DNA from: Candidatus Latescibacterota bacterium
Lineage (GTDB): Bacteria; Latescibacterota; UBA2968
DNA length: 64,000 nucleotides
Reading direction: 5' to 3'
NCBI GenBank assembly: GCA_965198115.1
Contig: OZ240241.1
Location: 576,001-640,000, forward strand
Positions 9,690 to 20,923 of this stretch are shown here, piece by piece. A program made the translations under genes and the position numbers. The notes below the pieces were generated by a model, which was given only the letters and a program-made list of their open reading frames with translations, was not told the origin of the DNA and ran no database searches. Position 1 is the stretch's first letter. Each line of letters opens with the position of its first letter.

Positions 9690-12600
9690 GGGTCTCCAGG
9701 TGGTTGATCGAATTTAGCCCGATCTGAACAACTGGACAACGTTGAATAGGATTCCGTTTCGTTCGTGTGCCGGGCAAGGTTGCCAATACGGTAATTTCCT
9801 GATTCCCTAATTATCAATGTCCTTCCGCCTTCTCCATTTCGCCCTCTGCTTTCTGCTCTCCACGCCGGTTCTCGGTGTTGACACAATCAAGGTGGTCCAT
9901 CCCGACCCGGTGACCGAAGCCTGGCGGTGGACGCATTTCGATCGTGCGAGCGGGTTAGCCGGCGTTCCGACGGAAATCTTCGAAGATCGGGACGGGTATA
10001 TCTGGATTGCCACCAACGAGGGGGTCCAGCGCTACGACGGGTGGACGTTCGAGACGTTCACGAAAGAGGACGGTCTGGGAAGTAACCTAACGGGATCGAT
10101 CGCTCAGACGCGCGACGGAGCGATGTGGTTCGGGACGGGCGCCGGGATCAGCCGCTTCGACCCTTCGACTCAGCTCCCTTCGACTACGCTCAGGGCAGGT
10201 GGGCCTGCTTGGAAGACCTACACGACCGAAGACAGCCTGGCGAGCAACGATGCCCTAACGCGAGGCAACAACCTGTTCGAAGCGAGAGACGGAACGCTCT
10301 GGGCCGGGTTCAGCGGCACTGGAGACGTCAGCCGAAAGCGGTCCAGTGAAGAAGTCTGGGAGACGATCACCACACCGCTCAGTGACTCTACGACGGCGAT
10401 TACCAGAATAACCCAGACAAGAGACGGCGACTTGTGGTTCGCTGCGTGGCGCCACGGCGTGCTTCGACTCGAACCGTCCAGCGGGTCGTGGCGGCACTAT
10501 TCATCCCGAGACGGACTGCATCAAAGCTGGCTAACCGAGGTTTTCCAGAGACCAGATGGGATCGTCTTCGCTGCGGGTAGAGGGGGCATCAGTCGATTTG
10601 ACCCGTCGGCAAGCTCAGAGGGTGGGGGGGCGCTGGTCGCCCGTCGAGATGGAGGATGACGGGCTCCCTCACGCTGTGAGCAGGCTCTGGCAGGATGAGG
10701 ACGGGACGATGTGGGGATTCGGCAATGGGCTCTATCGCGAGGAAGGCGGTCGTTGGCGCGTGTACCGGGTGAGGGGGGGAAGTACCAGTGCGGCCGCCTT
10801 TCAGGCTTCGGACGGGAGTATCTGGTCCTTCTCGACAGGTGTGGGCCTCTTCCGCTTCGCCCCCCACGATTCGACCTGGACTGTCTTTTCCGGCGTCCCG
10901 GTCGTGTGGACACGGGAGACCACCGCCTCGGATAATCTGTTTTTGCTGGACGACGATCTGGGTCGGTGGCGGAGACGGGGCCGCCCGTCTGGCGGGAGAC
11001 ACTTGGCTCAAATACTCGTCCACGGACGGCCTCTACGATGGAACGGTCAATACGATCGTGAAAGCGACCGATGGAGCGACCTGGTTCGCAGGAGCAGCCC
11101 ATGGCAAAAGTGTCGCTGCTCGTTTCGACTCCCGACTCGAGGGTGAAAAAGCCTGGCGCCACTTCAGTGAAGCAGACGGACTGGTCGGGGTCAGCATCGG
11201 ATCAGGCCTGGCTGCTTCCAACGGGGATATCTGGCTCGGCTCGAAAGACACGCGCCTGACTTTTCAAGGACACAAGGGTGTTTTCCGATACGACGGCGGA
11301 CGCTGGATCGCGTATACCAGCGGAGATGGCCTGCTTCATGATCGGATCTACCGTCTTGCCGAAGACTCGAACGGCCACATCTGGGTCGGCACGGCATTCG
11401 GGCTCAACCGTTTCGATGGTCACGTGTGGTCGAGTCATTCGCCTTTCCCCGACCAGGAGGCCCGCTCGTTCCAGAAGATCCGCGCATTGTCTACCACGCT
11501 CGACGTCTGGACAGGATATGGGGGTCCCGATGGCGGAGCGGCCAGATTCGATCCTTCGCTGAGTGCACCGGCTGCCTGGACGCGGTTTACGACGGCCGAC
11601 GGGCTCCTGCACGACGGCGTCTGGGCTATCCATCAAAGCCCTAGCGGCACCGTTTGGGCTGGCACACAGGTAGGCCTGGCCCGGTATGATGAGACGGGGT
11701 GGTCTTCGTACGAAGGGGAAATCGGTCCTGACTCGATCCGCGCCCGCAGCATCGTGGAGACGTCAGACGGGGCGATCTGGATTCGTGGAGGAAGGTTGAG
11801 CGGGCGACTACCCGGCCCCTTGATTCGCCACATCCCCGATCGGAACCCGCCCGATACCTACATTCTCCCGGCGATCGACCAGGTCTCTTCGGCAGGAAAC
11901 GTCCTTTTGCAATGGTCGGGCGGTGATTACTACAACGACACACCGATCGATCGGCTGCGCTATCAGTACCGCGTCGACGACGGCGACTGGTCGCGATCGA
12001 CGCGCCGTCGTGGGTTCCCGTTCACGTCGTTCGCGGACGGCGATCACCGGATCGAGGTCCGCGCGATCGACTGGGGCGGCAACGTCGATCCGACGCCGGC
12101 AATGCACGCGTTCATCGTCGAGGGACCGTGGTGGAAGAATCCCTATGTGGCCGTCAGCGGGCTTGTGATGCTGGGTCTGATCGCGCTGCAAACAGGACGC
12201 GTCGTGCGCCGCGATCGGCGCTTGCGGGCGTCGAACGAGGCGTTGTCGAGCGCAAACAACGAGCTGTTCCAGGTGAACGTAGACCTGCAGCGCGAGCAGG
12301 TGTTGGAACGGCTGCGCGGTCAGGCGCTCGGGATGCAATCGAGCGACGAGATCGGGGCGATGTGCGAGAGCGTGTTCCGAGAGCTGAGAGGACTCGGACT
12401 TCCTCTGATCAGCTCTGGGATTGGAATCGTCAACGATACGGGCGAAGCGGAAGTCTGGGGTTGTTCGTCGGATGGTAGCGTTCTCGAAGCAGCATCGTGG
12501 AAACTCAGTGCCGACAGCCCTGCCACGAGAGCACAGGCAAGGGGAGAGACATATTACCACGTGGAGTACGATCGCGAACAGTTGAAGAAGCAGATCAGGT

Positions 12601-13715
12601 CGCAGGCCGAACTGGGCAATCCGATCGGCTTCTTGGACCTTCCAGAGGACCAGTTGCCGGAACGCACTCACTCATATGGCATCTTTTTCGATCGGGGTCG
12701 TGTGCAGTTTACCACCAGGGATACGATCTCGGAAGACCATATCGATCTCATTCGGCGGTTCGGTGAGGCGTTCGGATTCGCTCACGCGCGTTGGGAAGAG
12801 CTGAAGGTGAAGGAAGCACAGAACCGTCGCCTTGCGGTCGAAGCGTCGGTACAACGGCTGCGTGCGGAAGTACAATCGATGGACGAGGCGAGCGATTTCG
12901 AGCGGATCCTGTCACTGCTGGCGGAGAGCCTGGAGTCGGTCGAGTTGAGCTTCGGAGGCTGCGAGATCGACGTGGTGAACGAACCCGTCGAGCATCCGAC
13001 GATGGATCACTTCGTGGCGAACGGGTACCGTTACACGACGTTCAGCCTGGACCCGTCAGGGTCTGTGTCGTCGAACTCGTACAACCTCCCCGCCCCGTTC
13101 CCGACGGTGATCGAGCGTACGCTCGAACGGTTCATCGAGGGCGAGCCGTGGCAGGGGATGAGCGAGGAGCAGCGGATCGTCGAGGTGCCGGCGGGCAGCT
13201 ACGGCCGCTTGCGGCTCACGGCGACAGACCGGGAGACGTTCGAAGAAGACGAAATCGCAACGCTGCGCGAGTTCGCAGACGCCGTTGCCCTGGGTTACGC
13301 CCGCTACCTCGACATCCGCGAGATCCAGGACCAGACCGAGCGCAAGTCGGCGTTCCTCGCGTCGATGTCGCACGAGCTGCGCACACCGATGAATGCGATC
13401 AAGGGGTTCACGAACCTGGTATTGGGACGACGCTCAGAGAACCTGAACGACCGGCAGCGAGAGAACCTCAGCAAAGTCTCACAGGCCAGCGACCACCTGC
13501 TCGCGATGATCAACGATCTGCTCGATCTGTCGAAGATCGAGCGGGGGATGATGGAGGCCAACGTTGAATCGTTCGACGTGACAGAGCTGATCGCGTCCTG
13601 TTGTGGTACTGTCAGCCCGCTGATCCAGGACGGCGTGGTATTGAGACAGGATGTGGCGGAGGATGTGGGCGAAGCGAACATAGATCGGGCGAGAGTGCAG
13701 CAGATGGTCATTAAC

Positions 13716-14352
13716 TAAACCTTGGTAAGCCCCCGGCTCTGCCGGGGAGACTCCCAGAGTTTGACAGTTCCAGAAATATGTAAGAGCCTCCCTTGCCGTG
13801 GACCGCTCAAAGCACACGGAAGGAAGGCTCTCTAATGAACAACGTAAGGAGTCTACGTCACACGGTATGGGAGTGCAAGTATGACGTTGTTTGGGTTCGG
13901 AAGTATCGTAGAAAAGTGTTGTATGGTGAAATTCGTCGCTATCTGGGCGAGGTGATTCGGGATCTGGCCGCACAGAAGGAATGCCGTGTGGAAGAGGGTC
14001 ACCTGCGATCCGACCATGTGCACACGTTGATTTCGATCCCGCCGAAGCACTCAGTAGCTCAGACGGTAGGGTTCATCAAAGGAAAGAGTGCGATTCACAT
14101 TGCTCGGAACTATCTGGGACGCAGGTCGAACTTCACCGGGCAGCATTTCTGGGCAAGAGGCTACTGGGTCTCCACCGTTGGCAAGGATGAACAGACGGTT
14201 CGGGAGTATATCCAGAACCAGGAGCGGGAGGACCTGAGTCTCGACCAGCTCAACATTTTCAGGTAATCGCCACCTTTAGGTGGCGCTTGGTTTCCAACCG
14301 CTTTGAGCGGTTCACAAGTTTTCAAGCCTCCGGCTTTGCCGGAGGTCATGAC
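13716..14352 (+). mobile_element. IS200/IS605 family element (tnpA only)
   Basis: Subterminal hairpins CCCCGGCTCTGCCGGGG and CCTCCGGCTTTGCCGGAGG; no TSD; removal restores INLLSNAIKF. Confidence 0.88.
13835..14266 (+). CDS. tnpA: IS200/IS605 family Y1 transposase
   Basis: KYRRK, DHVH (HUH), GFIKGKS, FWARGY, YIQNQ. Confidence 0.93.
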   Translation: MNNVRSLRHTVWECKYDVVWVRKYRRKVLYGEIRRYLGEVIRDLAAQKECRVEEGHLRSDHVHTLISIPPKHSVAQTVGFIKGKSAIHIARNYLGRRSNFTGQHFWARGYWVSTVGKDEQTVREYIQNQEREDLSLDQLNIFR

Positions 14353-14907
14353 TTGCTGAGCAACGCGATTAAATTCACGGACAGTGGGGAGGTCGCGGTT
14401 GGAGTCACAAGAGGTGAGCGGGGGAGAAAGCCTGGTTATCGCTGTGAGTGATACTGGAAAAGGCATCCCCGTAGACGAACTCCCGACATTGTTCGACGAA
14501 TACCGCCAGGTGGAAGGGCAATCGGACAGCGATGTTCAAAAGGGCACCGGTCTCGGTCTGTCGATTACGAAGAAATTCGCCGAGTTGTTGGGCGGAACGA
14601 TCGACGTCCAAAGCGAGGTAGGTAAGGGGACAACGTTTACGATTAAGATACCGGCGGAATACGAAAACGAATGATAATGCCACGCCACACTCGGGTGTGT
14701 TACGGTGGCGTGTTCCCGGATGAAATCCGGTCACACGGTGACGGGTACGTAGTGGGTGAAGGGAAGGATCCGCGGCGACGGCGTGATCGATGGACGCACG
14801 ACATCGCCGCCGTGCCTACGCGTAAGACCCGATTGTATCGGGGAACGGTCCATCGCGAAACGATCGCACCGGACACAAAGGCACGGACATCACCCGCGCC
14901 CATCGAC

Positions 14908-14932
14908 GTAGGGGCGAATTGCATATTCGCCC
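14908..14932 (+). repeat. GTAG-family REP-like palindrome
   Basis: GTAG-GGGCGAAT-TGCAT-ATTCGCCC; a related GTAGGGGCGAA element lies at 8505-8550. Confidence 0.5.
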
Positions 14933-15228
14933 ACTGGCCGCAAGGCCGGGACCCATCACGCGAAGCCATCACGTCGATCATACGGGCGTCAACATCGCCC
15001 GCGCGCCATCGATGTGGGACCTGATCCTGCCCTGAGCATTGCCGACCCAATCATCGTAATTCCCAAATAGGCCCACAGCTTCACCAGCCCCCGTTGGATC
15101 CCTCCAGCGGGGGCTTCCTCGTGATATTTCGCGAACTGCGTGCCAGGATCGCGCAAAATCGCGCAACCTAATTCTCTGGCCATCGCTCGAGTTCGTCGGC
15201 CACCGTATACTTCATTAATAATTGTTTT

Positions 15229-15251
15229 TTTATGTATTTATAATACATAAA
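15229..15251 (+). promoter_or_regulatory. palindromic operator overlapping a -10 box
   Basis: TTTATGTATT-TAT-AATACATAAA with TATAAT at 15239-15244 in an AT-rich patch. Confidence 0.6.
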
Positions 15252-15295
15252 GGAATTTTTGGAGTCGACTGGCCTGCCCGTTGCATAGGGAAAGG

Positions 15296-18200
15296 ATGAA
15301 GCAAAACGATGCGACATCCATCCTCTTCCGGAGTGGACCTATGGATCGTCTCTCACAGGCACGATTCGAAGAGGCCTTCGGCGACGAGCAGATGATGCTG
15401 GTTGCCCTCGAGAGTCCCGATCTCCTGGGTGATGATGCCCTGGAAAAAATCGGGGCTATCACTGCGAACCTTCGCGAGGTGGCTGGAGTCCGAGAAGCGG
15501 GCGTCGCAAGTCTTTCGACGATCCCTGTCCGCCCTCTCGATCCAACCGCTCCGACTGTACTCGAGACGCTCTCTCGGTCCGAGTACGATCAACGTAACGC
15601 GATGCTCGATTCGCTTCCACAGGTTGGCAGATTCCTCTCAGCCGATCGACGAACGACGTTGATTACGGCTCAGGTGTCTCGAGCCGCCCCGCAGTAGCTG
15701 CCCGCGTCGACGAGATCGTCGCGCGATACGAAGGACCCGAGCGCGTTCACGTCATTGGTGACCATACGGTTGCGCAGGCGATCGATGAAGGGATCGAATC
15801 CGATCTGGGGCTTCTGCTCCCGCTCGCGTTCGTCCTCATTCTTGTCGTTCTGCGTATCTGCTTTGGCCGTGTGCGAAGTGCGTTGCTGCCTGCGTGCGTG
15901 ATGGTGGGGAGCATCGTCTGGACGCTCGGTCTGATGGGGCATCTCGGCGTTCCCTTGAATGTCGTGACGTCGACACTTCCGATCCTGATGGTGTCCGTGG
16001 CCAGTTCCTACGGGATCCACGTGGTTCGACAGGCGGCTGCATTGACACCAGAGGGCGATCGTGCGCGCAAGCTGCTGAAAGATCTGGGTCGCCCGATTCT
16101 GCTGACCGGACTGACATCGGCGGCAGGTGCTCTGTCCCTGCTCGTGTTCGACGTGAAATCGATCCGTGAGTTCGGTCTTTTCGCCGGGTTCGGAATCCTG
16201 TCAGCCACTGCGGCCGCACTTCTGTTCATGCCCGCCGCATTGACCTTCGCCAGGGATGGGAAGGCGCGTCTCACGACATCCAAGTGGTTCGATGGCTGGC
16301 TGAGTGCTCTTGGACGGGGCACGCTCGCGCATCGACACATCGTGCTCGGTGTCCTGGGGATCGTCCTTGTAGCGAGCGCCTTCGGTGTTTCGCGGATCAG
16401 AATCGGGATGGACCCCGTGTCGATGTTCCCGAAAGACCATCCTGTGAGAGAAGCGACCGCCGTCCTTACCGAGCAGTTCGACGGATGCCGGTATTTCGAC
16501 GTGATGGTGGATGCGGGTGTGTCGGGATCAGGACTCGAGCCGAATACGCTCGCAGCGATGGCACGGTTCGCGGACGAGGCGAGGCGTTTTCCCGAGGTGA
16601 CGGCTGTCTATTCGGTGACCGATCTCGTTCCGCCCGATTTCTCGGCGGACACTCTGATGCCGGGACTCAAAGCGGCGGGATTCCTCACGACGAGGCCCGG
16701 CGCGGTCGGGTGACGGTGATGATCGCGGCGACGGATCAGGCCGATCAGACACGTGTTTACGACCAGTTGCGTTCGGCGGCCGATACGTATCTGAACGAAG
16801 GATATGTTGTGTCGTTCGGCGGACCCGTGCTGAGGTGGATCGCGCAGAACCGCTACGTCTCGATCGGCAAAGTGATCAGCGTGGTTGCCGCACTGGTGTT
16901 CGTGTTCGTGGCGTGTGTGACGGCCTTCAAGTCGGTCCGGATCGGGGTGCTGGCGTCGACACCGCTGATCGTTTCGACCGTGACGACGTTCGGTGTGATG
17001 GGGTGGCTGGGGATTCGTCTGAATATGGCGACGGCGATCACGACCGCGATCGGTCTGGGGATCGGCGTCGACTTCGGGATTCACTTCCTGAGCCGGCTTC
17101 GGCAGGAGCTCGAGTCTTCGTCGCTGGAGGATGCGGCCGTGCGGACGATCCTGACGACGGGTCGCGCCGTGATTTATGACGTCGCTTCGAACGTCGTGGG
17201 GTTCGGCGTCCTCGTGTTCAGCGTGTTCGGCCCCGTTCAGGATTTCGGCTGGCTGATCTCGCTGACGATGATCACGTCTGCTGCAGGCACGCTGGTGTTC
17301 GTACCAGCCGCCGCCGCATCGCTGTTGCCCGCTGAGACGACCCCTTGGACGGTCCGGGCCTTCCGTCATCTGATTCACGGCTGTGTGGCAAAGACGCGGG
17401 CTTTGCTGATTCTCAACCGGGAGGCAGCGAGCGGGCGAACGGACGCGGAGATTGCGGAAGTCGTGGCTTCATTCGAGCGGCACTTCTCGTTCGTAGACCG
17501 AAACGTGGCCGTGGTCGGGACGCACGAAGCTGCGGCTGCAATAGTGAAGACGTTCCGATCGACGTGCGAGGGACCCGGCGTGATCGTTTCCGGCGGTGGG
17601 GCCGGTACGCTGCGCGCCGTGGCGGAGGGATTGTGCGGGGAGGACGGGCGACTTCCCGATCCAGAACATCTCTGCGTGGCGCCGCTGAGGCTGGGATCCG
17701 GAAACGTGCTCGCGAAGACGTTTGGGGTTTCTCAGGATGCCGATCAGGCGCTCTCGGAGGCCGCGATCAACTACCAGCGGGGCGTCATCGGCGAGTGCGC
17801 GGTGATTCGTTGCGTCGTCGATGGCCGTGTCAGATACGCGATGACCCTCGTGGGATTGGGTCAGTTCGGACGGATTCCGAGCGATCTGGCTGCCTTCCAC
17901 TACGCGTATCCTCGCACGCGAGGGAATCTGGCTGGCGCGCTGGGGGCCGAGCGACTGACCCAGCTGGAATACCGGGCGGCGATGCTCATCCGAGGCGTTC
18001 GCTGTTGGGCTCATCCGGATCGGATGGAGACAGTAGAGGTTCGGACGAAAGAGGAAACCGAGCGGGTCTGCCTGCTCGCTGGAGCCGTGGCCAACTTCCC
18101 GATCAAAGGGCTCCCGTTCAAGCCGAACCACGATCCTGGCGCTCCCAGGCTTACCGGATACCTCCTCAGGAGCTCGGCCGTTTCTCCGGTCCGTCTCCTT

Positions 18201-18464
18201 CGCGGGGGTGCTGACTCTACCGTCTGTCGCTTCGAGGTGACGGAGGATAATCCTGTGGTTCTGAGGCTCGAGTCTCCCGGGCCGGCCGAATTCTTTCTGG
18301 ACGAAGACGCGCTGACGTTTCAGCACGAGCTCCGCATCGATGTCGCGGGGACACTGGGTATCGTGCCCGGTGTCGAGGAACGTCAGTCCACTCACCTTCT
18401 GGTGGGTGAAACGAAAACGAGTGAGGTGGGCTATGACCACGCACGTGTGCATTCTGGGCATTGA
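15296..18464 (+). pseudogene. MMPL/RND family transporter fused to a diacylglycerol-kinase-like domain; two apparent frameshifts
   Basis: Two MMPL repeats (SYGIHVV; GIGVDFGIHFL) spread over three frames (shifts near 15690 and 16700), then in frame LLILNREAASG, GGGAGT, LRLGSGNVLA. Confidence 0.78.
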
Positions 18465-20211
18465 CGGTAGTGGAAAGTCGACGGTCGCAAACGCGCTTCC
18501 GGGTCTGCTCTCGGGGTTGAACAGGATTCGGACGGCGGGGGCTGGAGAGTCGTTCTGTGTGGAGGATCCGGACAAGACGATTCTGGCGCCCGGGTTCTCC
18601 CCGTCGGGACGTCCGATCTTGACCCGTCTGGCCAGCTGGTGGAAGCGGGCGGCAAAACGCTGCACGGATCACAGGGTGTTGCATCCCGTTCTCAAGATCT
18701 TGCAGCTCGCCTTTCAAGACGCGGCTGCTCGTCGTCTCGAGCGGCGCTATCAGCCGGGCGTGCTGGTGAGCGACGGAAACCTGATTCTGTCGGTCGCAGG
18801 TTGCACCGTGAACACCTTCAGGCCGGCTCGAACGGGTGAAGGTTCGTGGGATGTCGGTTCCGATCGGCTTCGTGACCTGCTGGCACCGTTCGACGGCCAT
18901 TCTGGTAGTGAGAGGTGGATCCGCGCCGTCGTGAAGGTCGGCCGAGCTTTAAAGTGGCTGGGGTTCCAAACCCTGTGGCTTCCCGACGTCGTCATTCTGC
19001 TCGACCTGACACCCGAACGCGCCCTGGACCGCGTACGGCGCCGGGGTGGGAAGGTCGACGCCCACGAGAACAGAGTCGACCTCGCTCGGGCACGTGGGAT
19101 GTATTTGGCGACTGCGGACGCCTTCGAGGGTATTCGAGGAGCATCCGCCGTCGTGCGGATTCCGGTGGGTGATCGGACGCCAGGAGCCGTCATACAGCGG
19201 GTCGTCGATTCGCTGAAGGGTCGGTTGGAGACGATCCATTCCGATGCCGCGCACGAGACGCTCGGGACGACGGAGGATGGGGGAGGCGCGTGGACGTCCT
19301 ACCTGAGTGTGGGCTATCTATTCCGGTGCCTGGTCGCCCAATTTTTCCAGGGGACGTGGCGTGAGCCCTTGTTTCCTCTGTCGCGGATGGGTCGGCACTT
19401 CATGCGGGAGGGTTATTCCGCGTCCGTGATGCAGGACATCTACGATCAGGACCTGGTTCCGCCGTCGCTCATCGACAGACCGTTTGTGGGATACCCTCTC
19501 CATCGAGCCGTCTATGACCGATTGCACCTCCTGGTGCCGCGGATCGCGCAGGAACTTCTGGGCCGGGACGGCCGCATCCGGATCTTCACGGCGCCGTCTG
19601 GTCTGGCGGAGGATGTGTTCCGGGCGGTCGAAGACGTTGCCAGGGTGAGACGGGGTGGCGTTGGAGGGATCGAGATCACGGCTCTGGATCTGGACCCGGA
19701 TGGACGAATCGCGAAGAGCCTCGCGGAACGAAGCGAGCGGTTGAGTGTCCAGACGACGTTCGTGAAGGGGGATCTGACGGATCCGGTCTGGTCGGACGAC
19801 CGCGAGCAACCGTTCGACATCGCGATCTTCGTGGGGCTATCGAGCTGGCTGCCTAAACCGCAACTGATCGAGCATCTGCGTCAGCTGAGGAAGAACCTGA
19901 GCGACGACGGCGTGCTGATCACGGATGTGTTCACACCGGGAGCCTATGCCGTTTCAGGATGGTATGCCGGCTACGATGCCAACTACCACCAGCCGGACAC
20001 TTTTGCCACGTTGCTCGAGGTGTGTGGCTTCGACGGACGTTCCGTGGCGGTTGCGAGTGGACGCGATGGGTTGAACCACGTGATGGTCTGTAGACCACGT
20101 ATGGTTCGGCAAGTTCCGGTGGGCGAGCGGGGGGCCGAGCTTGAAGAGACAGCGGTTGAATACGCGATGGTCGATGAGAGAGCGGGCGCGCCTACTTTAC
20201 GCAATGTCTGA
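18433..20211 (+). CDS. thymidylate-kinase-like P-loop domain fused to class I SAM-dependent methyltransferase
   Basis: ATG 18433 with RBS gaggtgg; GIDGSGKS, PDVVILLDLTPERALDRV; C-terminal TAPSG, ALDLD, KGDL, FDIAIFVGL, DGVLITD. Confidence 0.75.
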   Translation: MTTHVCILGIDGSGKSTVANALPGLLSGLNRIRTAGAGESFCVEDPDKTILAPGFSPSGRPILTRLASWWKRAAKRCTDHRVLHPVLKILQLAFQDAAARRLERRYQPGVLVSDGNLILSVAGCTVNTFRPARTGEGSWDVGSDRLRDLLAPFDGHSGSERWIRAVVKVGRALKWLGFQTLWLPDVVILLDLTPERALDRVRRRGGKVDAHENRVDLARARGMYLATADAFEGIRGASAVVRIPVGDRTPGAVIQRVVDSLKGRLETIHSDAAHETLGTTEDGGGAWTSYLSVGYLFRCLVAQFFQGTWREPLFPLSRMGRHFMREGYSASVMQDIYDQDLVPPSLIDRPFVGYPLHRAVYDRLHLLVPRIAQELLGRDGRIRIFTAPSGLAEDVFRAVEDVARVRRGGVGGIEITALDLDPDGRIAKSLAERSERLSVQTTFVKGDLTDPVWSDDREQPFDIAIFVGLSSWLPKPQLIEHLRQLRKNLSDDGVLITDVFTPGAYAVSGWYAGYDANYHQPDTFATLLEVCGFDGRSVAVASGRDGLNHVMVCRPRMVRQVPVGERGAELEETAVEYAMVDERAGAPTLRNV

Positions 20212-20256
20212 CGGGCAGGAGCAGGCGGGAATCGGTCTTTGCGCGTGAGTTGGAGT

Positions 20257-20688
20257 TCACAAGTCGCCGATCCAGAGAAGATGGTTACCGAATCCAGGTG
20301 AGGCGAGATCGTAGAAACGTCGGTCTGCGGTGACCATCTGTCCGTCGATTCCGAGGGCAAGCGCGAGGTAAATGCAGTCGTATATGCTGTGTCGCAGAAG
20401 TGTCGAGATGTTGAACGCGCTGTCTTCGACAGTGGCGTAGGGATGGACTCGAACAGGTGCAGACCGAATCTGCCTTCGATGCTCATCTGCCTCTGAATCC
20501 TCGAGTTTCCCAGACCTGACCTGTCGTGTGAGGTAGTTGTCAGTCTCGACGTGGAGGAGCTCTGGGGCATGAATCGCGTCTGATGGCGTCAGGACTCTCA
20601 ATGCGTTTTCCGTGAATGGTTCCTCCACAACCCATTTCACAGCCACACTCGCATCCACGACGCGATTAGCCACGGGTGTCCCGTTCAT
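20257..20688 (-). CDS. vapC: type II toxin, VapC/FitB PIN domain
   Basis: VVDASVAVKW, APELLHVE, SIYDCIYLALA, VTAD. Confidence 0.9.
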   Translation of the reverse strand: MNGTPVANRVVDASVAVKWVVEEPFTENALRVLTPSDAIHAPELLHVETDNYLTRQVRSGKLEDSEADEHRRQIRSAPVRVHPYATVEDSAFNISTLLRHSIYDCIYLALALGIDGQMVTADRRFYDLASPGFGNHLLWIGDL

Positions 20689-20908
20689 CGCGGATTACCG
20701 AGGTACTGTCTTCGAGGCCTCGGCCTCGGTATCGTGTCCTAAGCCGACTGAAGCGGCGTTTGGCCGTGGCCATCGACCTGTCAAGGCGAGCCTCGGTTTC
20801 CAAGATCAACTTGACTTCGACCTGAAGCGAACGATTGTTGGCGGCTGCCCGTTTCTTGAGCGTGTCGACCGCCAATTCGTCGAGGTTGCGAACCAGGATC
20901 TGTGCCAC
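20666..20908 (-). CDS. FitA-like ribbon-helix-helix antitoxin
   Basis: MAQILVRNLDE...LKKRAAANNRSLQVEVKLIL; overlaps the toxin gene. Confidence 0.88.
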   Translation of the reverse strand: MAQILVRNLDELAVDTLKKRAAANNRSLQVEVKLILETEARLDRSMATAKRRFSRLRTRYRGRGLEDSTSVIRDERDTRG

Positions 20909-20923
20909 GGTTCCCTCCTAGGG

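Larger units (their letters stand above)
9817..14674 (+). pseudogene. sensor histidine kinase (beta-propeller repeats, Y_Y_Y-like domain, TM, HisKA, HATPase), disrupted
   Basis: Signal peptide, repeated DGxIWxGTxxG blades, SHELRTPMNAI. N-box split by IS200; frameshifts near 10625 (G7 run), 10950 and 14410; C-terminal GTGLGLSITKKF. Confidence 0.88.
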
